Below, piece by piece: positions 45,790-54,626 of a DNA stretch of 64,000 bases; position 1 is the stretch's first letter; each line of letters begins with the position of its first letter. A program made the position numbers and the translations under genes. The notes beneath the pieces were generated by a model, which was not told the DNA's origin, searched no databases, and saw only the letters and a list, made by a program, of their open reading frames with translations. This DNA is from Rhodobacterales bacterium (lineage in GTDB: Bacteria; Pseudomonadota; Alphaproteobacteria; Rhodobacterales; Rhodobacteraceae). The stretch spans positions 6,848-70,847 of the forward strand of contig JAACUH010000067.1 of the NCBI GenBank assembly GCA_009993005.1, given 5' to 3'.

Positions 45790-46620
45790 ATGGCTCAGCT
45801 CAGCTTCGAAAGAAAATACCGCGTCCGAGGCGGGACGCTGGTCGGCGGGGATTTGTTCGATTTCTGGGTGGGCCCGTTCTATGTGGGCTTCTTCGGGGTC
45901 ACGACGATCTTTTTCGCCGTCCTGGGGACGATCCTTATATTTTACGGGGCTTCGCAGGGGCCGACATGGAATCCCTGGCTGATCTCGATCAACCCGCCGT
46001 CGCTTGAATACGGCCTTGGTGCAGCACCCCTGTTGCAAGGCGGCCTGTGGCAGATCATCACGATCTGTGCCATCGGCGCCTTTGTCAGCTGGATGATGCG
46101 CGAGGTCGAGATCTGCCGCAAGCTCGGCATCGGCTACCACGTGCCCTTTGCCTTTGGCATCGCGATCCTGGCCTATGTGACGCTCGTCGTCATCCGCCCG
46201 GTCCTGATGGGGGCCTGGGGTTATGCGTTTCCCTACGGGATCTTCAGTCACCTCGACTGGGTGAACAACACCGGCTACGCCTACGGCAACTTTCACTACA
46301 ATCCCGCGCATATGATCGCGATCAGCTTCTTCTTCATCAATGCTGTCGCGCTTGCCCTGCACGGGTCGCTCGTTCTGTCCGCGGTGAACCCCGCCAAGGG
46401 CCAGACCGTGCGCACGCCGGACCACGAGGACACCTATTTCCGCGACCTGATCGGCTATTCGATCGGGCCCTTGGGCATTCACCGTCTGGGCCTGTTCCTG
46501 GCGCTGAGCGCCGTGTTCTGGAGCGCGGTCTGTATCGTGATTTCGGGCACCATCTGGTTCGACGAATGGATCGTGTGGTGGGATTGGTATGCAGAATTGC
46601 CCTGGTGGGCGGACCTGTAA
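45790..46620 (+). CDS. pufL: photosynthetic reaction centre L subunit
   Basis: ORF 45790..46620, beginning [36 protein letters not shown]. Confidence 0.97.
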   Translation: MAQLSFERKYRVRGGTLVGGDLFDFWVGPFYVGFFGVTTIFFAVLGTILIFYGASQGPTWNPWLISINPPSLEYGLGAAPLLQGGLWQIITICAIGAFVSWMMREVEICRKLGIGYHVPFAFGIAILAYVTLVVIRPVLMGAWGYAFPYGIFSHLDWVNNTGYAYGNFHYNPAHMIAISFFFINAVALALHGSLVLSAVNPAKGQTVRTPDHEDTYFRDLIGYSIGPLGIHRLGLFLALSAVFWSAVCIVISGTIWFDEWIVWWDWYAELPWWADL

Positions 46621-46634
46621 GGAGGACCTGACAA

Positions 46635-47561
46635 ATGGCTGAATATCAGAACATTTTTACCCAGGTTCAGATTCAGGGCCCCGCCGAAATGGGCATGGCC
46701 GGCGATCTGGACACCAACCGCGAGCGTACGACGAACACGCGGTTCTCGACCCTGCTGGGGTCATTCGGCAACGCCCAGATCGGGCCCGTTCATCTGGGCT
46801 CCTACGGGCTGGTGTCGGTGATCAGCTTTGCCGCCTGGTTTTTCATCATCGGGATGAACTTCTGGGCGCAGGTTGACTACAGCCCCGCGCTGTTCCTGCG
46901 CGAGCTGTTCTGGCTCTCGCTCGAGCCGCCTTCGCCGTCCTACGGCCTGGGCTTTGCGCCGCTCGATGAAGGCGGATGGTGGCTGATCGCCAGCTTCTTC
47001 TTCCTCGTCGGTTGCTGGACATGGTGGATCCGCACCTATCGGCGGGCAGAAGCGCTGGGCATGGGTCACCATGTCACCTGGGCCTTCACCTCGCTGCTGT
47101 GGCTCATCATGGTGCTTGGCCTTATCCGGCCGATCCTGATGGGAAGCTGGTCCGAGGCGGTGCCCTATGGCATCTTCTCGCACCTCGACTGGACCAACCT
47201 GTTCTCGATCACCTACGGCAACCTGTTCTACAACCCGTTCCACGCGCTCTCGATCGCCTTCCTCTATGGCTCGGCCCTGCTGTTTGCCATGCATGGGGCG
47301 ACGATCCTCGCGGTCAGCCGCTTTGGCGGTGAACGCGAGATCGAACAGATCGTGGATCGTGGCACGGCGTCCGAACGTGCGGCGCTGTTCTGGCGCTGGA
47401 CCATGGGCTTCAACGCCACGATGGAGGGTATCCACCGCTGGGCCTGGTGGTTCGCAGTCCTCACGCCGCTTGCGGGCGGCATCGGGATCCTGCTGACCGG
47501 GACTGTCGTGGACAACTGGTATGTCTGGGCGCAAGTCCATGGCTATGCCCCGCCGAACTGA
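46635..47561 (+). CDS. pufM: photosynthetic reaction centre M subunit
   Basis: ORF 46635..47561, beginning [16 protein letters not shown] and containing [22 protein letters not shown]. Confidence 0.97.
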   Translation: MAEYQNIFTQVQIQGPAEMGMAGDLDTNRERTTNTRFSTLLGSFGNAQIGPVHLGSYGLVSVISFAAWFFIIGMNFWAQVDYSPALFLRELFWLSLEPPSPSYGLGFAPLDEGGWWLIASFFFLVGCWTWWIRTYRRAEALGMGHHVTWAFTSLLWLIMVLGLIRPILMGSWSEAVPYGIFSHLDWTNLFSITYGNLFYNPFHALSIAFLYGSALLFAMHGATILAVSRFGGEREIEQIVDRGTASERAALFWRWTMGFNATMEGIHRWAWWFAVLTPLAGGIGILLTGTVVDNWYVWAQVHGYAPPN

Positions 47562-47573
47562 GGAGAGTGAGAA

Positions 47574-47942
47574 ATGAGCAACAACGACTCCATGGTCGGC
47601 ATGTCCCCACGGACACGGCTCAAGGCAGAGGTCACCTACCTCATGCTCAAGGGGGCCGGCTACGCCGCTGTCCTTGTGCTGGGGATCTGGCTGGTGATCG
47701 CGGTCATCGCGGGGATCGGCCGGGCCCTGCCGGAACAAAGCCGCATGGCGCCTGATCCGGCCCCGCAGGCCTTTATCGAGTTTGCCGCCCGCGAAGCCGC
47801 GCCGGCCATGGTAGAGGAACCCGCAGCCGAAGAGGCGGCACCTGCCGCCGCAGAGGACGCAGCCGCTGCCGAGGCACCCGCCGAGGCTGCCGCGACCGAA
47901 GAGGCTGCGCCCGCCGCAGAAGAGACCGCCCCGGCGGAATAA
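47574..47942 (+). CDS. pufX: PufX homologue with extended Ala/Glu/Pro-rich C-terminal tail
   Basis: ORF 47574..47942 with a GAGGAGAG Shine-Dalgarno. LMLKGAGYAAVLVLGIWLVIAVIAGIGRALPEQSRMAPDPAP aligns by eye with R. sphaeroides PufX [39 protein letters not shown]. It lies directly after pufM, and no pufC is present. Confidence 0.75.
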   Translation: MSNNDSMVGMSPRTRLKAEVTYLMLKGAGYAAVLVLGIWLVIAVIAGIGRALPEQSRMAPDPAPQAFIEFAAREAAPAMVEEPAAEEAAPAAAEDAAAAEAPAEAAATEEAAPAAEETAPAE

Positions 47943-47948
47943 AGCATC

Positions 47949-47980
47949 AGGGGCGGACCGGCTGCAACCGGGCCGCCCCT
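47949..47980 (+). terminator. GC-rich stem-loop just after pufX stop
   Basis: AGGGGCGGACCGG-CTGCAA-CCGGGCCGCCCCT pairs at 12 of 13 positions. There is no T tract. Confidence 0.5.
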
Positions 47981-48062
47981 TCAGTCGTCGGACCCGCCCT
48001 CCCGGAACGGTCCTTCATTGGGGCCTTGGCCCCAGTTCCCTTCCTGTTGGCTACAGGAGACT

Positions 48063-48101
48063 GGCGTCACGAAGGGCAATACCCATCGTGACGCCTTTTT
48101 T
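48063..48101 (+). terminator. Rho-independent terminator (puf operon 3' end)
   Basis: GGCGTCACGA-(13 nt)-TCGTGACGCC is a perfect 10-bp stem followed by TTTTTT. It lies 19 nt upstream of the dxs ATG. Confidence 0.75.
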
Positions 48102-48119
48102 GCCACAAGGATAGCCCCC

Positions 48120-50060
48120 ATGACCCAGCCCCGATTTCCCGAAGATCGCCCCGCCACCCCGACGCTCGACCGCGTGACCGGCCCCGCCGATCTGCGGCAG
48201 ATGTCGGATGCCACGCTGACCGCCCTGGCGACCGAGGTCCGCAACGAGGTGATCTCGGCCGTGTCTGTCACCGGCGGGCATCTGGGGTCGTCGCTGGGCG
48301 TGGTCGAACTGGCCGTGGCGATCCATGCCGTGTTCGACACCCCGCATGACAAGCTGATCTGGGACGTGGGCCACCAGTGCTATCCGCACAAGATCCTGAC
48401 CGGCCGGCGCGACCGCATCCGCACCCTGAGGCAAGAAGGCGGGCTGTCGGGTTTCACCAAGCGTGCCGAGAGCGACTATGACCCTTTCGGCGCCGCGCAT
48501 AGCTCGACCTCCATTTCTGCCGCGCTGGGCTTCACCATCGGGCGCGACATGGGGATGGCGACGGGTGATGCGATTGCCGTGATCGGCGATGGCTCGATTT
48601 CCGCCGGCATGGCCTATGAGGCGCTCAACAACGCCGGGACCGAGGGGCGGCGGCTGTTCGTGATCCTCAACGACAACGAGATGTCCATCGCACCGCCGGT
48701 GGGCGCGATGTCGAAATACCTCTCGGGCCTCTATGGCTCGACCCCCTTTGGCGCGATCACCAAGATGGCCGAGGGGTTCGAGGCGGCACTCCCCGGCCCG
48801 ATCCGCGACCACGCGCGCCGCGCACGGCAGATGGTGACAGGGATCCCGGGCGGGCAGGGCACGCTGTTCGAAGAGCTGGGGTTCACCTATGTCGGCCCGA
48901 TCGACGGGCATGACATGGCGCAACTGTTGCCCGTCCTGCGCGCCGCGCGGGCGCGTGCGACAGGGCCGGTGCTGATCCATGTCTGCACGGTCAAGGGCAA
49001 GGGCTATGCGCCCGCAGAAACCAGCGCCGACAAATATCACGGCGTGAACCGGTTCAACGTCGGCACCGGCGAGCAGGCCAAATCGCGCCCCAATGCGCCG
49101 AGCTATACCAAGGTCTTTGGCGATGCGCTGACGTGCGAGGCGACGCATGACCCGCGTATCGTCGGGATCACGGCGGCGATGCCGTCCGGCACCGGACTCG
49201 ACATTCTGGGCAAGCGGTTTCCGGGCCGGGTGTTCGACGTGGGCATTGCCGAACAGCACGGCGTCACCTTTGCCGCCGCGATGGCGGCGAGCGGGCTGAA
49301 GCCGTTCTGCGCGATCTATTCGACCTTTCTGCAACGCGGCTACGATCAGGTCGTGCATGACGTGGCCTTGCAAAACCTGCCGGTGCGCTTTGCCATCGAC
49401 CGGGCGGGGCTGGTCGGCGCCGATGGGCCGACCCATGCGGGGTCGTTCGACATCGGCTATATGGCGGCGCTGCCCAATATGGTGGTGATGGCGGCGGGCG
49501 ACGAGGTCGAGCTCATGCATATGGTGGCGACTGCCGCCGCCCATGATGCCGGGCCCATCGCGTTCCGCTATCCGCGCGGCGAAGGCGAGGGGCTGGAGAT
49601 GCCCGCACGCGGCGCGGTGCTCGAGATCGGCAAGGGGCGCGTGGTGCAGGAAGGCAGCGACATCGCGCTCTTGTCCTTTGGCGCGCATCTGGGCGAAAGC
49701 CGGCGCGCGGCGCGGATCATGGAGGAGCAGGGCGCGAGCGTCACCATCGCCGACGCCCGCTTTGCCAAGCCGCTGGACCAGGCGCTGATCCGCCAGCTCT
49801 TGCGTCATCACAAGGCGCTGGTCACGGTCGAGCAGGGCGCGCAGGGGGGATTTGGCGCGATGGTGCTGCATATGCTGGCCAATGAGGGCTTGCTCGACGG
49901 GCGCTGTGCGGTCCGCACCATGACGCTGCCCGACCGGTTCATCGACCAGGCCGCGCCGGATGCGATGTATGCCGATGCGGGGCTCACGGCGGTGGACATT
50001 GCGGCAACGGCGCTGCAAGCGGCGGGGATGCAGGCCAACCGGGCCGGTGTCGTGGTCTGA
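48120..50060 (+). CDS. dxs: 1-deoxy-D-xylulose-5-phosphate synthase
   Basis: ORF track 48018..50060, trimmed to ATG 48120 ([19 protein letters not shown]...[13 protein letters not shown]...[13 protein letters not shown]). Confidence 0.95.
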   Translation: MTQPRFPEDRPATPTLDRVTGPADLRQMSDATLTALATEVRNEVISAVSVTGGHLGSSLGVVELAVAIHAVFDTPHDKLIWDVGHQCYPHKILTGRRDRIRTLRQEGGLSGFTKRAESDYDPFGAAHSSTSISAALGFTIGRDMGMATGDAIAVIGDGSISAGMAYEALNNAGTEGRRLFVILNDNEMSIAPPVGAMSKYLSGLYGSTPFGAITKMAEGFEAALPGPIRDHARRARQMVTGIPGGQGTLFEELGFTYVGPIDGHDMAQLLPVLRAARARATGPVLIHVCTVKGKGYAPAETSADKYHGVNRFNVGTGEQAKSRPNAPSYTKVFGDALTCEATHDPRIVGITAAMPSGTGLDILGKRFPGRVFDVGIAEQHGVTFAAAMAASGLKPFCAIYSTFLQRGYDQVVHDVALQNLPVRFAIDRAGLVGADGPTHAGSFDIGYMAALPNMVVMAAGDEVELMHMVATAAAHDAGPIAFRYPRGEGEGLEMPARGAVLEIGKGRVVQEGSDIALLSFGAHLGESRRAARIMEEQGASVTIADARFAKPLDQALIRQLLRHHKALVTVEQGAQGGFGAMVLHMLANEGLLDGRCAVRTMTLPDRFIDQAAPDAMYADAGLTAVDIAATALQAAGMQANRAGVVV

Positions 50061-50062
50061 CA

Positions 50063-50147
50063 GGCAAAGAGGGTGGCAAAGAGGGTGGCAAAGAGGGTGG
50101 CAAAGAGGGTGGCAAAGAGGGTGGCGGAGGAGGGTGGCGGACGGCGC
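50063..50147. repeat. 12-bp tandem repeat GGCAAAGAGGGT x5 plus two degenerate units
   Basis: Read directly. It fills essentially the whole 87-nt spacer between the dxs stop (50060) and the convergent hypothetical gene stop (50148). Confidence 0.95.
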
Positions 50148-50567
50148 TCAGCCCGCCCCTTCACGCACATGGACGCGCGTCACGCGGTCGCCTGACCCGT
50201 AGATCGTGACATTCATATACATCGGCTCTTGCTGCTGGACAGACCGCCGGATGTAATCCCGCAACGCTGGCGCCACGTCGCAATTGGTCGAGATGCGCGC
50301 CCTGTTGGCGGCATCGGCAAAGAAATAGTCATAGCCGTCTAACCTGTCCTGCCGGCCAAAGCGGTGCAGGTTCGCGCGGTCCTGCTGGACCATGGCGCAG
50401 AAGTCGGTCAGTGGCACACCCTGGGAATTGCGCATGTCCTGTGCCGTGATCCAGGTGTTGTAGCTCCCGATCACATGGTCGCTCTGCGCATGGGCCAGCG
50501 AAGCAAGCGTCAACCCGGCCAAGACCGCAGCAATCCGTGTGACCATCATCCGCGCGCCCCTTCGCAT
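50148..50567 (-). CDS. hypothetical secreted protein (signal peptide, two Cys)
   Basis: ORF 50148..50567. The likely start is the MM at 50549/50546, giving MMVTRIAAVLAGLTLASLAHA|QSD. I recognise no family. It lies 57 nt downstream of idi on the same strand. Confidence 0.55.
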   Translation of the reverse strand: MRRGARMMVTRIAAVLAGLTLASLAHAQSDHVIGSYNTWITAQDMRNSQGVPLTDFCAMVQQDRANLHRFGRQDRLDGYDYFFADAANRARISTNCDVAPALRDYIRRSVQQQEPMYMNVTIYGSGDRVTRVHVREGAG

Positions 50568-50624
50568 CTGCCAACACCGACAGTTAGACCGCGATTCGGC
50601 AGGTGTGGCAACGCAAGGCTGGCC

Positions 50625-51155
50625 TCAAACCGGTGCCAGAGCCCCGAAGATGCGCGCCTTGTGCTCTGCCAGATAGATCCGCAGCCATGGCGTGAATTCG
50701 AACGGGCGGCGCAGGCATTGCGCGGCGAGGTCGTGGAAATCGACCCAGCGCGTGGCCATCACCTCGGCCGGATTGGGCCGCAGCGGCAGTGCCTCGGTCG
50801 CCTGCGCGACAAAGACATCGACCACCTCATGTTCCGTCAACCCGCCACCGACCTCGGCGCGGTATTCGACGGTGTCGCGGAAGGACGGGTAGATGCCGGT
50901 GATCCCCAATTCCTCCTCCAGCCGCCGGATCGCGCAAACGGCGCTGTCCTCGTCCCAGGCGGGATGGGTGCAGCAGGTATTGGCCCAGAGGCCGGGCGTG
51001 TGGTATTTTCCCATCGCGCGCTGCTGGATCAGCACCTTGGTCCCCGCCATGACAAACACGCTCACCGCCTTGTGGCGCAGGCCCTGGCGGTGCACGGCAA
51101 GCTTTTCGACCGGGGTCAGGGTGCCATCGACCCAGGCGGGGATCATGTCCGTCAT
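50625..51155 (-). CDS. idi: isopentenyl-diphosphate delta-isomerase, type 1 (Nudix)
   Basis: ORF track 50625..51296, trimmed to ATG 51155 (ATGA overlap with the bchP stop). The protein is 176 aa and contains TNTCCTHP and the Nudix-type EHE. Confidence 0.9.
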   Translation of the reverse strand: MTDMIPAWVDGTLTPVEKLAVHRQGLRHKAVSVFVMAGTKVLIQQRAMGKYHTPGLWANTCCTHPAWDEDSAVCAIRRLEEELGITGIYPSFRDTVEYRAEVGGGLTEHEVVDVFVAQATEALPLRPNPAEVMATRWVDFHDLAAQCLRRPFEFTPWLRIYLAEHKARIFGALAPV

Positions 51156-52339
51156 ATACGCTCTGCCGATACAAGGCCCGTGAGATGGGCGAGGTTCTTG
51201 ATCCCGATCTTGATGTGCGCCATCGGGCGGGCCTTGACCAGTTCCTTGTTCATATAGGCCTCGAAGGTCAGCTTTTGAACATCGACATCGTGGCACAGCG
51301 ACACGAAGCGTTCACGCCGCATGTCGCTGCGGTAATAGGCGTTCTGCATCGCGCCCAGCACCCGGAACACCGACCCGTGGTCGCGCAGAAAGAGCTTGCG
51401 CGCGAGTTGCAGGTCCTTGATGCGGCCGGTTTTCAGCTTGGCCGCGACGGCCGTCGCGGCAACGCGGCCGCCGACCATCGCGTAGAATATCCCCTCACCG
51501 GAGGACGGCGCCACCACGCCCGCCGCATCGCCCGCGAGCACGATGTCGCGCCCATTGTCCCAGCGGTCCAGCGGCTTGAGCGGGATCGGCGCGCCTTCGC
51601 GGCGGATCGTCTTGCAATCCGTCAGCCCCGATTGCGCCCGCAACCGCGCGGTCGCGTCCTTGAGGTCCACGCCATCGACCATGGTGCCCATGCCGATGCT
51701 GGCCTGCTTGCCATGCGGAAAGACCCAGCCATAGAAATCTGGCGAAATCGCGCCGTCATAGATCACGTCGCAGCGCACCGGGTCATAGAGGTCGCTGGCG
51801 GCGGGCGCCTCGACGATTTCGTGGTAGGCAATCACATAGGGGATCTTGCTCGCGCCGGGGATATAGTCGCGCGCGATGTTGGACCGCGCGCCATCGGCGC
51901 CGATGATCATGCGGGTGGCAAGCCGCATCTCTTCTCCGCTGGCCTTGTCGCGGTAGATGACATGGCTGCCGTCCGCGTCCCGTTCGATCCGCAGGAAGGT
52001 GCCGGTGAGACGGTGCGCCCCGGCCTCTGCCGCGCGATTGCGCAGGAATTCGTCGAAATGCTCGCGGTCCACCATGCCGACATAGCCGCCCTCGATGGGG
52101 ATATCGACGCGCCGCCCGGTGGGCGAGATCATCCGCGCGGTGGTGATTTTCGCGACGATCTGGTCGTCTGGGATAAAGAAATCGCGGATCAGCCTGGGCG
52201 GGATCGCGCCGCCGCAGGGCTTGATCCGCCCCGCACGGTCCAATAGCGCGACCTTGTGGCCCGAACGCACGAGATCCTCGGCCGCGGTTGCACCAGAGGG
52301 GCCACCGCCCACCACGACGACATCGTATTTCATGCTCAT
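51152..52339 (-). CDS. bchP: geranylgeranyl diphosphate/bacteriochlorophyll reductase
   Basis: ORF 51152..52339, with MSMKYDVVVVGGGPSGATAAEDL as the FAD fold. Confidence 0.95.
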   Translation of the reverse strand: MSMKYDVVVVGGGPSGATAAEDLVRSGHKVALLDRAGRIKPCGGAIPPRLIRDFFIPDDQIVAKITTARMISPTGRRVDIPIEGGYVGMVDREHFDEFLRNRAAEAGAHRLTGTFLRIERDADGSHVIYRDKASGEEMRLATRMIIGADGARSNIARDYIPGASKIPYVIAYHEIVEAPAASDLYDPVRCDVIYDGAISPDFYGWVFPHGKQASIGMGTMVDGVDLKDATARLRAQSGLTDCKTIRREGAPIPLKPLDRWDNGRDIVLAGDAAGVVAPSSGEGIFYAMVGGRVAATAVAAKLKTGRIKDLQLARKLFLRDHGSVFRVLGAMQNAYYRSDMRRERFVSLCHDVDVQKLTFEAYMNKELVKARPMAHIKIGIKNLAHLTGLVSAERI

Positions 52340-53616
52340 TCTCCCGGAACCATCGTGGCAACCGGCATCCGCCGGTCCATGACCTTGGCCGCCATCAGCG
52401 CGGCGGCGACAAAAACGACGGCTTCGATCAGGAACACCGCGCCGAACGCCTCGGCATCAGGCAGGCCCATCCGCAGCATATCGACCAGTGCTGCGCCCAT
52501 AAGCCCGCCAAAGCCTGCGGCGACGGCCTGCGCCGCGCCCCACAGGCCCATCCGCGTGCCTTCGCGCCGGCCGCGCCCTTCGCCCGCCAGCGCCATCATG
52601 GAGCCGATGGCGGCGACCGCGAACATGCCGTTGAAGAACCCGAGCGCCACCACCGCAGGCACCAGCGGCGCGCCCGCGCCGATCGGCCCGATCATGGTGA
52701 TGACAGCGAGCGCCGCCGCCGAGCCCAGACAGCCCGCCACGACCCAGGTGCGCAACTGGCCGAGGCCAAAGCCCGTCGCCGCGATGCCCACCGTCAGCAT
52801 CCCGACGAACACGCCGCCGTTCTGCGCGCCCGACAGGCTGGTCGATTGGCCCGGCGTAAAGCCAAAGACAAGGCCAGCGTAGGGTTCGAGGATCAGTTCC
52901 TGCATGAAATAGGCGGTCATCGACAGGAACACGAAGATGGTGAAGTTGCGCGCGCGGCGCTCGGCCCAGATCTCGGCAATGCCTTCGCGAAAGGTGCCGG
53001 TGTCGGGCTCGCGCTCGGCCTTGACGCGCCGTTCGATCCCCCAGACGGCCAGCGTCGTCAGCCCCAGCGCGCCGGTCACGACCACGGCCACAACCCGCAG
53101 CAGCAGCGCGTCGGAATAGGGGTGCAGCATCGCGCCCACGGTGCCCGCAGTGACGGCAATGCCAAAGATCATCATCAGCCAGGTGATCGTCGCCGCCGCC
53201 GCGCGCCGCTTGGGCGCGGTGGCGGTGGCGAGCAGCGCGAGCAGCGAGGTGCCCGAGGCCCCCACGCCCATGCCGATCATCGCATAGGCCAGGACCGACA
53301 GCGCCAGCCCCCAGCCAAAGGAGGTATCCAGCACGACCACCGCCAGCGTGGCGAGCATCGCGCCTGCCGCCAGCATCGCCATGCCGCCGATGATCCAGCG
53401 CGTCCGCTTGCCACCGGCATCCGAGACAAAGCCCCAATGCGGCCGCGTCATCTGGATCCCGTAATGCAGCGCGACAAGCGCCGCCGGCAGCACCGCGGGA
53501 AGCGCCAGTTCGACCACCATCAGCCGATTGAGCGTCGATGTGGTCAGCACCACGATCGACCCCAGTGCCATCTGCACCAGCCCCAGCCGCACGATCTGTG
53601 CCCAGGTCAATGTCAT
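52336..53616 (-). CDS. PucC/LhaA-family (BCD) MFS protein at the orf428 position
   Basis: ORF track 52336..53646, trimmed to ATG 53616 (MTLTWAQIVRLGLVQMALG). It is a 12-TM protein between bchG and bchP, as in Rhodobacter. Confidence 0.88.
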   Translation of the reverse strand: MTLTWAQIVRLGLVQMALGSIVVLTTSTLNRLMVVELALPAVLPAALVALHYGIQMTRPHWGFVSDAGGKRTRWIIGGMAMLAAGAMLATLAVVVLDTSFGWGLALSVLAYAMIGMGVGASGTSLLALLATATAPKRRAAAATITWLMMIFGIAVTAGTVGAMLHPYSDALLLRVVAVVVTGALGLTTLAVWGIERRVKAEREPDTGTFREGIAEIWAERRARNFTIFVFLSMTAYFMQELILEPYAGLVFGFTPGQSTSLSGAQNGGVFVGMLTVGIAATGFGLGQLRTWVVAGCLGSAAALAVITMIGPIGAGAPLVPAVVALGFFNGMFAVAAIGSMMALAGEGRGRREGTRMGLWGAAQAVAAGFGGLMGAALVDMLRMGLPDAEAFGAVFLIEAVVFVAAALMAAKVMDRRMPVATMVPGE

Positions 53617-53617
53617 C

Positions 53618-54535
53618 TTACAGCCCTCCGACGCTGCGCAGCGCAAAGGCCGCGATCATCATGCCACTGATGTAAAGGACGATTCCCGTCCCGTTGTACC
53701 AGGGCGCCTTGCCCTTGGGGTCGCGCAGCAGCACCCGCATCGCGGCAAACTGCGCCAGCAGCAGCGCGCCGATGGCCGCCGCATGCAGCGGCTTGCCCCA
53801 GCCGAGCAGCAGCGCGACAACCGCGACCTGCGGCACCGCCATCACCCAGCAGGCCAGCCGCGCCGCGCGCGCGGGCCCCAGCGTCACGGGCAGCGAGGCG
53901 AGGCCCATCTGCCTGTCACCCTCGAGCGCCTTGAAATCGTTGAGCGTCATGATCCCGTGCGCGCCGATCCCGTAAAGCAGAGCCACGAGGATGTTTGGCC
54001 AGGTTGGCGCGCCCTGGGCGAGCACGGCGGCGCCGGTGAGCCAGGGCAGCGTCTCATAGGACAGCCCGCACAGGCCCGGCCCCCACCAGCCCGACCGTTT
54101 GGCGCGGATCGGTTCGGCCGAATAGGCCCAGGCGGCGATGACCGCGACCACCGTCGCGCCAAAACCCCAGGGGCCGAGCAGCCAGCCCACGGCCAGCGAC
54201 AGCACCGTCATGGCGAGCGCGATCCAGAGGCCCCAGCGGCCGGGGATCCGGCCCGAGGGAATCGGCCGGTCGGGTTCGTTGATCGCATCGACATGGCGGT
54301 CGCACCAGTCGTTCGCGGCCTGGCTCATCCCGCAGACGACCGGACCCGCCAGCACGACGCCCAGCGCCACCAGCCCCCAATTCCCGCCAAAGGCCACGCC
54401 CGACGACACCGCGCCGCACAGAAAGGCCCACATCGGCGGGAACCATGTCACCGGCTTGATCAGCCGCAGCATGGCGCGCGGCTCGGGCCAGCGGCGCAGG
54501 ACGGCAGAAGGGGCAAGATCGGATGTCACGCTCAT
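53618..54535 (-). CDS. bchG: bacteriochlorophyll a synthase
   Basis: ORF 53618..54535. It is a UbiA-type prenyltransferase (NDWCDRHVDAINEPDRPIPSG). Confidence 0.95.
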   Translation of the reverse strand: MSVTSDLAPSAVLRRWPEPRAMLRLIKPVTWFPPMWAFLCGAVSSGVAFGGNWGLVALGVVLAGPVVCGMSQAANDWCDRHVDAINEPDRPIPSGRIPGRWGLWIALAMTVLSLAVGWLLGPWGFGATVVAVIAAWAYSAEPIRAKRSGWWGPGLCGLSYETLPWLTGAAVLAQGAPTWPNILVALLYGIGAHGIMTLNDFKALEGDRQMGLASLPVTLGPARAARLACWVMAVPQVAVVALLLGWGKPLHAAAIGALLLAQFAAMRVLLRDPKGKAPWYNGTGIVLYISGMMIAAFALRSVGGL

Positions 54536-54537
54536 AC

Positions 54538-54555
54538 TGTCAGTCTAGAGTGACA
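54538..54555. promoter_or_regulatory. PpsR/CrtJ palindrome TGTCAGTCTAGAGTGACA
   Basis: A perfect TGT-N12-ACA site that ends 2 nt upstream of the bchG start codon. On the gene strand it contains TAGACT. Confidence 0.8.
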
Positions 54556-54572
54556 GCTTGTCGCTCGGCAAG

Positions 54573-54590
54573 TGTAAACTTCACTAGACA
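54573..54590. promoter_or_regulatory. PpsR/CrtJ palindrome TGTAAACTTCACTAGACA
   Basis: A perfect TGT-N12-ACA site, 17 bp from the previous palindrome. Confidence 0.8.
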
Positions 54591-54626
54591 GCTCTGCCAG
54601 AATGCCGCGCCCGGCTCCTGTGCCGG

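Noticed and set aside
50063-50147. Possible CRISPR array (also 12622..12693)
   Set aside because: The units are contiguous 12-bp repeats with no spacers. They are far shorter than CRISPR repeats, and there are no cas genes in the window.
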